Shown: positions 30,065 to 39,695, numbered from the stretch's first letter. The stretch: DNA of 55,526 bases from Methanobacteriota archaeon (GCA_002708695.1 PAOZ01000044.1:1-55526); one strand, 5' to 3'. The notes: generated from the sequence alone by a model not told the origin. Made by a program: numbers and translations.

Positions 30065-31723
30065 TTATTCTAGCAAAACGTCGAATGAATCGTCAGGTTC
30101 TCCTCCGCCTTCTATTTGAATTGATACCGAATCAGATGACGCCATTCCTTTATCACTTAGGATACTTAGAGTAAATTGATGAGTTCCAGGCTTTAGCCTA
30201 ACCTTCAGTGCAGGTGTATCTCCAATAGGTTGACCAACAGAATCTCTCCATTCCCATGTTTCTATTTCTCCATCTGTACATTGAGAACTTCTCCCATCTA
30301 ACGTTACCATTGCGGTCCCATCTTCTTCAACTTCAATCGTCCTATCTTCTCCTGCGTCAGCAATTGGGGGTAGAGCACTAAATGAATCATCATCGATGAT
30401 GCCCTCTAGAAGTTGATCTACACCCTCATTATTGGCTATGTCTTTGTCTTTAGAATCAACTTCTTCTTCTAATTCAGATAACAAATCATCCAATTCATCT
30501 TCGCTTGCTTGATTCGTTCTATAGATTTCCATTTCTTCTTCTGTGAGTAAATCTTCAATTTCTTCAAAATCTTCATTTGATGCATTTTCATTATTTTCTA
30601 ATGCATCAATAAATTCTGTACCTTTGGCTCCCCCAATTGCGCCTCCGAATAAATCTTGATCATTGATTAGAAGTGCATCATCATCATTTACCTCAAATCG
30701 TTCTGAATCAGGATCATACAAATCAATTCGATCAATTCGAGTGTAATCGTTTCGATTATCTCCAGAGATTGCAATCATTCGCCCTCCCGAATCTGATGAT
30801 ACTCTTTCTACTAGTCCAGGATGCTCTACCGACCAAGCTTCTTCCATCGGTGCTAGAAATCTACGTAGATGGAACCATGATCCTACAATAATATCATCAT
30901 CATGGGGCCTCACATCTTTCACTTCGTATCCTGTTTTTGCCCATAAAATTGGTTCTTTTTTTCCAATTTTATGTTCTTCTACATCTCCATTTTCCATGCC
31001 CACCAGAATTCCTTGTGTAGTCCCAAAAAGCACAGATGCATTAGATTCTATTTCAACAATATGTAGTGATTCACCGTTGCTTGAAATACAATCTAGTGCA
31101 ATTTGGGGCGTTTCTGAATTAGTAAGTCCATTGCATTCAGATGCAAAAACCAGTACTCCATCTGGTCGAAATGTCATTGCTGTGATCCTATCTCCTTCTG
31201 GAGATCTTGGTTCTCTTGTCATGATAACTTTGCCATTGCTAGAGATTAATTCAACCACACCTGTATCATCCGCTACTGCAAAAGCCCCTCCGTCTGCCCT
31301 TATTGCTGAGAGGATGTATTGTCTTCCTGTATGCCGATAAATTTCATTCCCATCTCTATCAAAAAGAATAGCATTTCTCATACCATCTATTATCAAGAAA
31401 CGAGTCCTCTCAATGGTTCCAACTAGATGTTCAATTCCTCCAGCGCCATCAATTCTCCAAAGAATTTCTCCATCTGATGAAATACAATGAGCATCTCTTG
31501 AAATTGTGCCCACTAGAATAGAATTATCTGTAAGACATAGTAGATGATCTACTTCTTCTTCAAGATCAAGTGATATTGGATGATTCTCTTCATCCAAAAT
31601 TAGTCGGTGTAGTTTACAATCATCGTCCGTCCAAACCAACAAATTGCCATCGCGAGAAAGGTCACAAGCCCTAACTCTACTCTCACACGGGATCCTACGA
31701 CGGGCCTCTATGCGATGTGGCAT
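30065..31723 (-). CDS. Beta-propeller (WD40-like) protein with acidic linker and C-terminal PKD-like domain
   Basis: Repeated blade motifs, D/E-rich linker, PPIADAGED...VTLDGRSS...WEW...GTHQFTL; no signal peptide. Confidence 0.7.
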   Translation of the reverse strand: MPHRIEARRRIPCESRVRACDLSRDGNLLVWTDDDCKLHRLILDEENHPISLDLEEEVDHLLCLTDNSILVGTISRDAHCISSDGEILWRIDGAGGIEHLVGTIERTRFLIIDGMRNAILFDRDGNEIYRHTGRQYILSAIRADGGAFAVADDTGVVELISSNGKVIMTREPRSPEGDRITAMTFRPDGVLVFASECNGLTNSETPQIALDCISSNGESLHIVEIESNASVLFGTTQGILVGMENGDVEEHKIGKKEPILWAKTGYEVKDVRPHDDDIIVGSWFHLRRFLAPMEEAWSVEHPGLVERVSSDSGGRMIAISGDNRNDYTRIDRIDLYDPDSERFEVNDDDALLINDQDLFGGAIGGAKGTEFIDALENNENASNEDFEEIEDLLTEEEMEIYRTNQASEDELDDLLSELEEEVDSKDKDIANNEGVDQLLEGIIDDDSFSALPPIADAGEDRTIEVEEDGTAMVTLDGRSSQCTDGEIETWEWRDSVGQPIGDTPALKVRLKPGTHQFTLSILSDKGMASSDSVSIQIEGGGEPDDSFDVLLE

Positions 31724-31779
31724 GAATACGGAATAAACCCGTGGGCTTTAGCGCTGTTCCTCATTCGTACCATACTGAA

Positions 31780-33318
31780 TCATTCTTTATTGTGAATCTC
31801 AATAGTTTCGTCAGAATCGTTTTTCTTTATTTTTGCATTATCATTTCTAGCACCTTCAACTGATGCTAAATATTCTGGAGTAATTGTTCCACAAACATAT
31901 TCTCCAGTAAAACACGAAGTATCGAATTGATTTACTACTCCATTTCCTGCATCGATGACTGCATTTTGTAAATCTTCTAGTGATTGGTAAATTAGCCAAT
32001 CAACTCCTATGGCATGCATAATTTCTTCATTGGTTCGATTATGCGCAATATATTCTTCTTTTGCAGGCATATCAATACCATACACATTAGGATGTAAAAC
32101 AGGAGGTGCAGCGCTAGCAAAGAAGACCTCCTTTGCACCCACGTCCCTTGCCAATTGTACAATTTTCTTTGATGTGTTTCCTCTAACAATACTATCGTCG
32201 ACAAGAAGCACTCTTTTTCCCTCAAATTCATGAGGTATTGGATTCAATTTCTTTCTTACACTATCTTTTCGAATTGCTTGACCAGGCATAATGAAAGTCC
32301 GGCCGACATATCTATTCTTGACAAATCCCTCTCGGTATTCTACACCTAATGTTCGAGCTACTTCCATTGCGGAAATTCTTCCACTATCTGGTATTGGCAT
32401 TACTACATCAATTCCATGTTCTGGATTCTCTTCGATTATTCGATTTCCTAATTTTTCACCCATTTTTATTCTTGCACCATATACAGGTATTCCATCGATT
32501 ACGGAATCAGGTCTAGCAAAATATACATGTTCGAAAATACATGGTTTCAAAACTGGAGATGGATGACAAATACGCCTTCTAATCAGTCCTTTTTCATCTA
32601 CGAATACAGCTTCTCCTGGTTTAACATCTCCAATGATTTCACAACCTAAAGTAGTTAGAACTACACTTTCAGAAGCGAAAACATGCGTTTCTTCTCCATT
32701 ATTGTCTTTCCTTACTCCATGTATTAATGGGCGAATTCCGAAAGGGTCTCGGAATGCCAAGATTCCATATCCCGATAACATACTTACGGCTGCATATGAT
32801 CCATTTACGCGTGAATTCAACCTCTCTATTGCATCAAATAGGTCTTCACAGTCGAGATATAGTTCTCCTTCAATTTGCGTGGCTTGAGTTCTACCAAGTT
32901 CACTAGCAAGTATATTGAGTAGGATTTCTGAATCGCTGTTTGTATTTACATGTCTTCTATCTTGGTGGATTACCTTTTGCAATAGTTCTTCTGCATTGGT
33001 TAAATTCCCATTATGTGCTAGGGCCATCCCATATGGGGAATTTGTGTAAAATGGTTGTGCCTCTGCTGATGAAGAAGAACCGGCAGTAGGATAACGGACA
33101 TGTCCAATGCCCATATTTCCGCCTAACATGTCCATATGATGTTGTCTAAAGACATCATTTACCATGCCATTGGATTTTCTTTGGTGAAATCTTTCTTTGT
33201 CGCATGTAACTATTCCCGCAGCATCTTGTCCACGGTGTTGTAAAACTAGTAGACCATCATACAGTTGTTGTCTAACTTCTGCCTCTTCCGGACCGAGGAT
33301 ACCAATAATGCCGCACAT
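31780..33318 (-). CDS. purF: Amidophosphoribosyltransferase
   Basis: MCGIIG (N-terminal nucleophile Cys), LQHRGQD, GHVRYPT, HNGNL, YFARPDS, VDDSIVRGNT. Confidence 0.97.
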   Translation of the reverse strand: MCGIIGILGPEEAEVRQQLYDGLLVLQHRGQDAAGIVTCDKERFHQRKSNGMVNDVFRQHHMDMLGGNMGIGHVRYPTAGSSSSAEAQPFYTNSPYGMALAHNGNLTNAEELLQKVIHQDRRHVNTNSDSEILLNILASELGRTQATQIEGELYLDCEDLFDAIERLNSRVNGSYAAVSMLSGYGILAFRDPFGIRPLIHGVRKDNNGEETHVFASESVVLTTLGCEIIGDVKPGEAVFVDEKGLIRRRICHPSPVLKPCIFEHVYFARPDSVIDGIPVYGARIKMGEKLGNRIIEENPEHGIDVVMPIPDSGRISAMEVARTLGVEYREGFVKNRYVGRTFIMPGQAIRKDSVRKKLNPIPHEFEGKRVLLVDDSIVRGNTSKKIVQLARDVGAKEVFFASAAPPVLHPNVYGIDMPAKEEYIAHNRTNEEIMHAIGVDWLIYQSLEDLQNAVIDAGNGVVNQFDTSCFTGEYVCGTITPEYLASVEGARNDNAKIKKNDSDETIEIHNKE

Positions 33319-33367
33319 AGGTATTCAAAGGGTGCTTGTGTGGTCGCCTTATGGTTATTGAGCAAAA

Positions 33368-33550
33368 TCACTTGCTACCAATTAATCGGTTTCTCTTTGA
33401 CCATTGATATTTACGTCGTCGAGCAGTAACTCCATATCCGCAGGATGAACAAGCACGTTTTTGCTTGTGATATGAATGCCGGCCGCAACGTCGGCAACGG
33501 AAGTGGACAATCTTTTGGCGCTTACCAAAGGATGGAGTACCCTTACTCAT
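33368..33550 (-). CDS. rpl37e: 50S ribosomal protein L37e
   Basis: [32 protein letters not shown]; GAGGTGA RBS. Confidence 0.97.
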   Translation of the reverse strand: MSKGTPSFGKRQKIVHFRCRRCGRHSYHKQKRACSSCGYGVTARRRKYQWSKRNRLIGSK

Positions 33551-33669
33551 GTGCTCACCTCGACAGCCTCGCGACCTAACCCGTTCTTATGAGGCTTGCC
33601 GAAGTGAAATGTTTGTTTTTCTTCCAATATTATCGAATGTTTTGAATCCTAATTGTATGACTGAGTTGT

Positions 33670-35643
33670 ATGGGTATGGTACATCGGGCTCTAGTGGTCT
33701 CTCTTCTTTTTCTTTTAGTCCCTCTTTCTAATGTTTCAGCAGATGAGGTTGAGTCAAACGATTTTTCGTGTGATTCTGAAGTAGTTAACGCTGGTCAAGA
33801 AATAGAATGTACATTAGATCTTAGTGCTATACAAGGAGTATCTTCACTTCGGTTTGAATATTTCCAAGAAGGAAGGGAGGTCGAAGATTTTTCTGTGCTT
33901 TCATTAGGTACATATCATTCTTGTTCAGTTTTAGATAATGGTTCTGCTATTTGTTGGGGGCGAGACAATGAAGAACAATTGGGAGACGGCGGGGGAAATT
34001 CGTATCATCAAAGACCCGAAGCATCAATCATATCCCCCGATGATTCTAATTTTCAAGCAATTTATGCTGCGAGTTTCCGTACTTGCGCTCTAACTTCTTC
34101 CGGTTCGTTATACTGTTGGGGGGATAATACCGAAGGACAAGCAGGAGATGGTACCACAAATCGTTATTCAAATCCAGTAATGCCTGCCAATATACCTCTG
34201 AACAGATCAATTGTTACTGCAGGGGTGGGAAGGACGCATACGTGCGCCATATTAGATGATGGATCATTGATGTGTTGGGGCAAGGATTCTAGCGGCGCAT
34301 TAGGCAATGGAGAAGATGAGACTTCTTCCCAATATTCTCCTGTTAATGTAGAACTCCCTGCTAATAGAAAATTAGTCGATGTAGGCGTTGGTTATGATAA
34401 TACTTGCGTACTTTTTGATGATGGAGGTATAATGTGTTGGGGGCAAGATCGTGAAGGCCAAAATGGAGATGGAGGAAGTAGTTTAGCCACATCTTCTCCT
34501 GGTTCTAATGTAGCTTTACCAGAAGAAAGATCTGCGGTTTCTCTTTCCGTTGGTGCCCAGCATTCTTGTGCGATTTTGGATAATGCTTCCCTTGTCTGTT
34601 GGGGTTGGAATGGTTATGGAACAATAGGTGACAATACCACTGTAAATGCCCACGTCCCAGTATTTGTTGAATTACCTGATGGAGCGAAAGTCATAGATGT
34701 AGATGCAGGAATCCACCATACGTGTGCAGTTCTCGAAAATCAGACAGTAAATTGTTGGGGAAGGAATTGGATGAGAACAGTAGGTGGAGAAGGCCCTTAT
34801 TCGAAAAATACGAAAGTGCTTCTTCCTAGGCATGTTGAAGGTACATCTTCGGTAGTAAAGGTAGAAACAAGTGAACGTCATACTTGCACTCTAGCAGAAA
34901 ATGGTACGATTAGTTGCTGGGGTCAAGGTGACCAAGGTGCCCTTGGAGTTGGTACTTGTTGCCATGATTATAGTTATCCAATTCAATTGGATTGGTCAAC
35001 ATCTCCTTTTGCTCCTTTGTCTGGTCCTGCACCAATTGGGGACTGGGCATCTTCATCCATGAGGGGCCAAATAGAAAATCCCACAGATGGTGAATGGAAT
35101 TTCAGTGTATCAGTCCCCGAGTCTGCTGAATTAGGAAATTATTCTGTAGAAATCACGATGTTAAAAATTGGAGGAATTCGTACTACAATAGTGCTTGAAA
35201 ATGTAATTGAAATCATTGGTGTAGATTCTGATCGAGATGGAATTGTGGACACAGAGGATGCCTTTCCTTCTGATCCTTCTGAAACAAGCGATATGGATTC
35301 AGATGGAGTGGGGGATAATTCGGATGCTTTCCCATCGGATCCAAATGAATCTGCGGATTCTGACTCTGATGGTGTAGGGGATAATTCGGATGCCTTTCCC
35401 GACAATTCAGGTGAAACAACTGATTCTGATGGCGATGGAGTCGGAGATAATACTGACGCTTATCCATATGATGCTACAAGAATCAATCCCTCTTCTCCTT
35501 TGATGATGTATGCTCCAGTAGGAGCCTTAGTTGCATTATTGCTAATTGTCATGGCCCTTCGAATGGTGTTAAGAGGACCTGTGGAAGATAAACCTGAGAA
35601 GAAGTCAAGATGGAATCGCAAGAATCCCGATCGTAAGTTTTGA
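33670..35643 (+). CDS. Surface protein with RCC1-like repeats, Ca-binding TSP3-like repeats and C-terminal anchor
   Basis: About seven HTCA..DG.L.CWG...G.LG repeats, DSDGDGVGDNSDAFP repeats, signal peptide and C-terminal TM. Confidence 0.88.
   Translation: MGMVHRALVVSLLFLLVPLSNVSADEVESNDFSCDSEVVNAGQEIECTLDLSAIQGVSSLRFEYFQEGREVEDFSVLSLGTYHSCSVLDNGSAICWGRDNEEQLGDGGGNSYHQRPEASIISPDDSNFQAIYAASFRTCALTSSGSLYCWGDNTEGQAGDGTTNRYSNPVMPANIPLNRSIVTAGVGRTHTCAILDDGSLMCWGKDSSGALGNGEDETSSQYSPVNVELPANRKLVDVGVGYDNTCVLFDDGGIMCWGQDREGQNGDGGSSLATSSPGSNVALPEERSAVSLSVGAQHSCAILDNASLVCWGWNGYGTIGDNTTVNAHVPVFVELPDGAKVIDVDAGIHHTCAVLENQTVNCWGRNWMRTVGGEGPYSKNTKVLLPRHVEGTSSVVKVETSERHTCTLAENGTISCWGQGDQGALGVGTCCHDYSYPIQLDWSTSPFAPLSGPAPIGDWASSSMRGQIENPTDGEWNFSVSVPESAELGNYSVEITMLKIGGIRTTIVLENVIEIIGVDSDRDGIVDTEDAFPSDPSETSDMDSDGVGDNSDAFPSDPNESADSDSDGVGDNSDAFPDNSGETTDSDGDGVGDNTDAYPYDATRINPSSPLMMYAPVGALVALLLIVMALRMVLRGPVEDKPEKKSRWNRKNPDRKF
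35224..35470 (+). repeat. Coding tandem repeats (~69 bp, 23 aa) of TSP3-like DxDGDGVGDNxDAFP units
   Basis: GGGGATAATTCGGATGC(T/C)TT(T)CCC recurs 69 nt apart; about four units at protein level. Confidence 0.8.
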
Positions 35644-35646
35644 TTG

Positions 35647-36072
35647 TCATTTGTCCATTGCTAGAAGAGGATCTTCCTCTTCTTCTCTTCCAGTAGCAAT
35701 TGCTAGAACAGTGAACAAAACAATCGCTGCACCCATTGCGAATCCTGCCCATTGAATTGTAATTGTAGCTAAGTTTCCTCTAGGTAATCCTCCACTCAAT
35801 ATTTCGACTAATCCTAATCCTCCTATTGATAAGAAAAGAAGAGTAATTGTTTGGAGAATCGGGGCATTTCCTCTGTGTAAAATGCTTGTACTGGAAGTAG
35901 CTAGAATCAACCATATGGCTGTCATAGACATTACAGATTTGAGCAGAATATCTTTCACAATTTCTTGTGTTTCCTCTATACTCCATTTTGCAATCCATCC
36001 AATTATTACAGTAACAAGAATAAATGAAATGAAGATGCTTAGTAAGGAGTTACTTCTATTCATTATTTTCAC
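35647..36072 (-). CDS. Hypothetical four-TM membrane protein
   Basis: Four hydrophobic helices; overlaps the upstream gene's stop. Confidence 0.7.
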   Translation of the reverse strand: MKIMNRSNSLLSIFISFILVTVIIGWIAKWSIEETQEIVKDILLKSVMSMTAIWLILATSSTSILHRGNAPILQTITLLFLSIGGLGLVEILSGGLPRGNLATITIQWAGFAMGAAIVLFTVLAIATGREEEEDPLLAMDK

Positions 36073-36820
36073 CTACTATATTTGCGTCAAGATGACGTTT
36101 TACAATCATGTGTTCTTCCTTTGTTGAGGGAGAAGTTGTTTTGGGTAGCTTAGCATTTCGTTCAATGAGTACAGTTGTATGAAAAGAAACCCATAGTGCA
36201 ATGATAATTCCCAAAATTGTGCCGATAAATGATTTTAAGGAGTCTCCTATTTCTTCGAAATTTTCTGATGATGAAATCGCCAATAGAGCAATAGAAACAA
36301 TAGATAAAGAAATTGTTGCTATTGCTGCTAACCATCTTTTTTCTCCTATGGAAATAACTACTGTTGTCCCTATCGCGCCAACTATAGATGTCCCAATTAG
36401 TAAAGAAGAAATTGCAACGTTGTTTAGAGCAGCTACTTGGATCGGTAGTTCTTCAGGTTTCAAAGATAGAGCAATTATCCATCCAATTGAAATGGTCATT
36501 AGAATTGTACCTCCTCTTCTCCAATTCTTTGGAATTGGACCTACTGGGCTTGGCCCTCCAAAAATTGCTAGGCATGATCCTATGATGTATGTCAATGTTG
36601 GAATTGATAGATGAACTAGAGCTTCTGCAGTTTCAACAGGTCCTCCGTTACTATCTGCGCCAATTATATTCGCCGTTCCCGCAATACCTGCTAGTACAAG
36701 AATAGTCATTGGAGTAGCAACCTTGTAGGTTTTGGTTTCTTTTCGATGAAGATGCATCGCCATTACTCCTGGAATTCCTGCATAAAGAAGCAACCAGAAG
36801 GCCACGGTAGCCCAATCCAT
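36056..36820 (-). CDS. Hypothetical multi-pass membrane protein
   Basis: About seven hydrophobic helices; GGPSPVG loop. Confidence 0.75.
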   Translation of the reverse strand: MDWATVAFWLLLYAGIPGVMAMHLHRKETKTYKVATPMTILVLAGIAGTANIIGADSNGGPVETAEALVHLSIPTLTYIIGSCLAIFGGPSPVGPIPKNWRRGGTILMTISIGWIIALSLKPEELPIQVAALNNVAISSLLIGTSIVGAIGTTVVISIGEKRWLAAIATISLSIVSIALLAISSSENFEEIGDSLKSFIGTILGIIIALWVSFHTTVLIERNAKLPKTTSPSTKEEHMIVKRHLDANIVGENNE

Positions 36821-36950
36821 GATTTTCGAAACTCTGTTAAAGACATGAACATTGATGCCATTTGAGCCTATATTGGCATTGTATTGCCGTTATTTCACCG
36901 CGACACGCTCAAATAGGGGCCGATGGTCGCCGAGATGCTACGGAGGTGAC

Positions 36951-37238
36951 ATGATGGTTAAGATGCCGCGCAAGGTGATGAGATACAGCCCTGCTGCAGG
37001 TCGTCACACCGAACACACCGTAGAGCGTGTCAAGAAGAAGCGCGCATCTGAACTAAAGTGGGGTCAGAGACGTTTCCGAAGAGTCACAGCAGGTTACCGA
37101 GGTTTCCCTCGTCCTAAGCCCGAGGGTCGTGAGAAGCCAACCAAGAGAATCAATTTAGTCTACAGATGCACTGAGACTGGCAAGGCTCACTCCCCAGCAG
37201 GGCAGAGGGCAAAGAAGTTTGAACTTGTAGACAAGTGA
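36951..37238 (+). CDS. rpl44e: 50S ribosomal protein L44e (eL42)
   Basis: KMPRK...HTEH...ASELKWGQRRFRR..GYRGFPRPKP.GREKPTKR; GGAGGTGA RBS. Start at 36951 or 36954. Confidence 0.96.
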   Translation: MMVKMPRKVMRYSPAAGRHTEHTVERVKKKRASELKWGQRRFRRVTAGYRGFPRPKPEGREKPTKRINLVYRCTETGKAHSPAGQRAKKFELVDK

Positions 37239-37248
37239 GGTGGAAATA

Positions 37249-37419
37249 ATGGCTGGTAAATTTCTTCGAATTGTTTGCAAAGACTGTGCAAATGAAACAG
37301 TGATTTTTGAGCGTGCTTCTACAGTAATCAATTGTAGTGTTTGTGGCGCAACTCTCGCTCAACCTGCTGGAGGAAAGGCATCCTTGGTAGGCAGTGAGGT
37401 CCAGGAAATCCTTGAGTGA
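37249..37419 (+). CDS. rps27e: 30S ribosomal protein S27e
   Basis: Below the ORF-track cutoff. Translates MAGKFLRIVCKDCANETVIFERASTVINCSVCGATLAQPAGGKASLVGSEVQEILE; canonical position between rpl44e and eif2a. Confidence 0.96.
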   Translation: MAGKFLRIVCKDCANETVIFERASTVINCSVCGATLAQPAGGKASLVGSEVQEILE

Positions 37420-37433
37420 TCGGGGGCCCTTAG

Positions 37434-38225
37434 ATGTCTGATGATGATATTCAGTATCCCGAAGAGGGAGAATATGTTGTAGTCACTGTATCAAGTATTG
37501 AGAAGAATGGGGCATATCTCGACCTAAATGGATTTTCAGATGAAATACGAGCATTTGTCTTCGTTGGAGAGGTAAGTTCTGGATGGGTAGCTAGAGTTAG
37601 GGATCATATTCGAGAAGGACAACGAACTGTTGCTAGAGTAACTAAAGTTCGAAAAGATAAGCGTAGCGTAGATGTGTCCATAAAGTCAGTTAGCGATGAA
37701 CGACGAAGAGATACACTTCAAGATTGGAAGAATGAACAGAGGGCGGCTCAACTTCTGAAGATTGTTGCTGAACGAAACAATTGGACAGATTCCGAATTAG
37801 AAAATATGAGTTCCGAGTTAGAACAGACATTTGGAACACTTTACGGTTCATTTGAGGAGGCTGCAGCTAATGGTGAGATACTTACAGAAATGGGTTTCGA
37901 AGGCGACTGGACTTCACATCTAATCGAATTAGCTTTAGAAAATATTGTTCCATCTAGTGTGACAATTCGAGGTCGAATGATGATTGAAGTATGGGATGAT
38001 GAAGGTGTTGAATTAATCAAAAAAGCCCTTATAGGTGCTGAAGAAACATCATCGAAGGAAGATGAAGTAGAAGTTTCATGTTACTACGATGGGGCTCCTG
38101 AATACCGAGTCGAAGTTGTAGCTCCTGACTACAAGTTGGCAGAAAAGGCATGGGTATCTGCGCAGAAAACCGTTGAAGACATGGTTAAGACTGCTGGTGG
38201 TTCAGTCGAATGCTATCGAGAGTGA
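37434..38225 (+). CDS. eif2a: Translation initiation factor aIF2 alpha subunit
   Basis: YPEEGEYVV S1 domain, EVSSGWV, VDVSIK, WKNEQRA, YDGAPEYR..APDYK; synteny. Confidence 0.95.
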   Translation: MSDDDIQYPEEGEYVVVTVSSIEKNGAYLDLNGFSDEIRAFVFVGEVSSGWVARVRDHIREGQRTVARVTKVRKDKRSVDVSIKSVSDERRRDTLQDWKNEQRAAQLLKIVAERNNWTDSELENMSSELEQTFGTLYGSFEEAAANGEILTEMGFEGDWTSHLIELALENIVPSSVTIRGRMMIEVWDDEGVELIKKALIGAEETSSKEDEVEVSCYYDGAPEYRVEVVAPDYKLAEKAWVSAQKTVEDMVKTAGGSVECYRE

Positions 38226-38297
38226 TACTCTAACCCCCCTTTCTACCCGAATGTTTCTTGAGCCCTCCCGAGAGGAACGCGTAGAACAGGTGTTGGA

Positions 38298-38516
38298 ATG
38301 GGGAGAAGTAATCTACAGAAATGTCCTGAATGTTTTCGCTATTCTCTCGCACCTATCTGTCCTGATTGTGGCGCCACAATGAGAGCTGCATCTCCTCTAA
38401 AATTCTCTCCCGAAGACCGCCAAGGAGAACGTAGGCGTCAACGTAAAGGAGTAGGTTCTGGATCTTGGTCCTCAAGCCTTCCTTCTATTGAGAAAACAGG
38501 TGGTGAAGAAGAATGA
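38298..38516 (+). CDS. nop10: H/ACA RNP protein Nop10
   Basis: KCPEC.RYSL...CPDCG...ASPLKFSPEDRQG.RR; synteny. Confidence 0.92.
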   Translation: MGRSNLQKCPECFRYSLAPICPDCGATMRAASPLKFSPEDRQGERRRQRKGVGSGSWSSSLPSIEKTGGEEE

Positions 38517-39274
38517 ATCGAACAGAAATTCATTGGATAAATGAAGCCGATTATCTTCCTGAAAGAATGGTATTCATCGAAGCTCTTCCAGGAGTGGGGA
38601 ATGTAGGTAAAATCATTGTTGATGCTATGATTGAAGAGCATGAATCGAATTGTCTTGCATGGATTATGCATCCTGATTTCCCCCCTCATTCAACAATGAA
38701 AGATGGGCTTTTATGTCCGCCTAGGATTGAAATTCATCAAGTATTACTTCCTATGGGTCTTTCAGTAATTGTTCTAACAGGCGATTCTCAACCATTAACA
38801 CCTACTGGACAATATGAGGTGGCTGATAAGATATTGAGAATGTTAGACGAAGCAGATGCAGAACTTCTTTTGATTCTCGTTGGCCTTCAGGCTGATGTCG
38901 AAGAAAGATCCATCCATCTAGTTTGTTCTGATGCTGATACTCGTGATGCCTTTGCTGAAAGAGGAGTTACCGCTTCAACAACTGCTCCTGAAGCAGGAAT
39001 GATTGGTATGGCAGGATTACTAGCAGGCATGGCTCCGTTAAGATCTGTTCCAGCCGCTTGTGCTGTTGCTGAAACCTTAGGATCAACTGTTGATGTGATT
39101 ACTGGGCAACGATTAGCTACTTGGGTAGAAGAAAATCTTGGTATTGCATTAGAAATTAGCATAGATACTACTGAGAGTACAGCAGAACGAATACGCAGAG
39201 AAATTGCATTTGATTCTACTGAACTAGATTCATTGTTGAATCCATCTGAACCCTCACCCGAGTTCTATGTTTAA
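38513..39274 (+). CDS. PAC2 family proteasome assembly chaperone
   Basis: EALPGVGNVGKI, DFPP, LTGDSQP, GQYE, IGMAGLL, AET; usual position after nop10. Confidence 0.9.
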   Translation: MNRTEIHWINEADYLPERMVFIEALPGVGNVGKIIVDAMIEEHESNCLAWIMHPDFPPHSTMKDGLLCPPRIEIHQVLLPMGLSVIVLTGDSQPLTPTGQYEVADKILRMLDEADAELLLILVGLQADVEERSIHLVCSDADTRDAFAERGVTASTTAPEAGMIGMAGLLAGMAPLRSVPAACAVAETLGSTVDVITGQRLATWVEENLGIALEISIDTTESTAERIRREIAFDSTELDSLLNPSEPSPEFYV

Positions 39275-39475
39275 TCATCCTCCTGATGAAACAATAATTG
39301 TACCAAGTTCCACGTCTGAATTTATTTTCGTTGAATGTGGTACTATTTTTTCTTGATGGGTAACAAGTATAGTACTCGGAAGAACACCAATTTTATCTAA
39401 AATTTTGTCAATAGTAACTCCTGCTTCTACTTCAACATCATGAGTTACACCCTCGACCTCGATTCGCACCATCAT
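39275..39475 (-). CDS. MoaD/ThiS-family ubiquitin-like small archaeal modifier (SAMP-like)
   Basis: 66-aa beta-grasp-like sequence ending in IVSSGG. Confidence 0.85.
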   Translation of the reverse strand: MMVRIEVEGVTHDVEVEAGVTIDKILDKIGVLPSTILVTHQEKIVPHSTKINSDVELGTIIVSSGG

Positions 39476-39565
39476 ATGCTTGCGTGATACTACCTCAATT
39501 CAGTCTTTACCACTGGACAACTGTCTAGTGAGGCTTATGACGAGAAGGCAGGTGGCTTGAAACCT

Positions 39566-39648
39566 GCCGAGATCGCATAGCCCGGTATTGCGGTGGATTC
39601 GAAATCCACTGTCCCTTGGACGCGGGGGTTCAAATCCCTCTCTCGGCG
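39566..39648 (+). tRNA. tRNA-Ser(CGA), no intron, CCA not encoded
   Basis: Acceptor GCCGAGA/TCTCGGC plus G discriminator, anticodon arm GTGGA-TTCGAAA-TCCAC, long variable arm GTCC-CTT-GGAC, T arm GGGGG-TTCAAAT-CCCTC. Confidence 0.96.
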
Positions 39649-39695
39649 CTTATCCCACCAGCAGAACTGTAATACAGTAATAATTCGAATAAGAT

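Noticed and set aside
36852-36950. N-terminal extensions from the ORF track on L44e (also EtfB 28296, DUF5611-like 22039, Cca 15443, TSP3 protein 44424)
   Set aside because: RBS position or family N-termini indicate downstream starts; the extensions are artefacts of longest-ORF calling.
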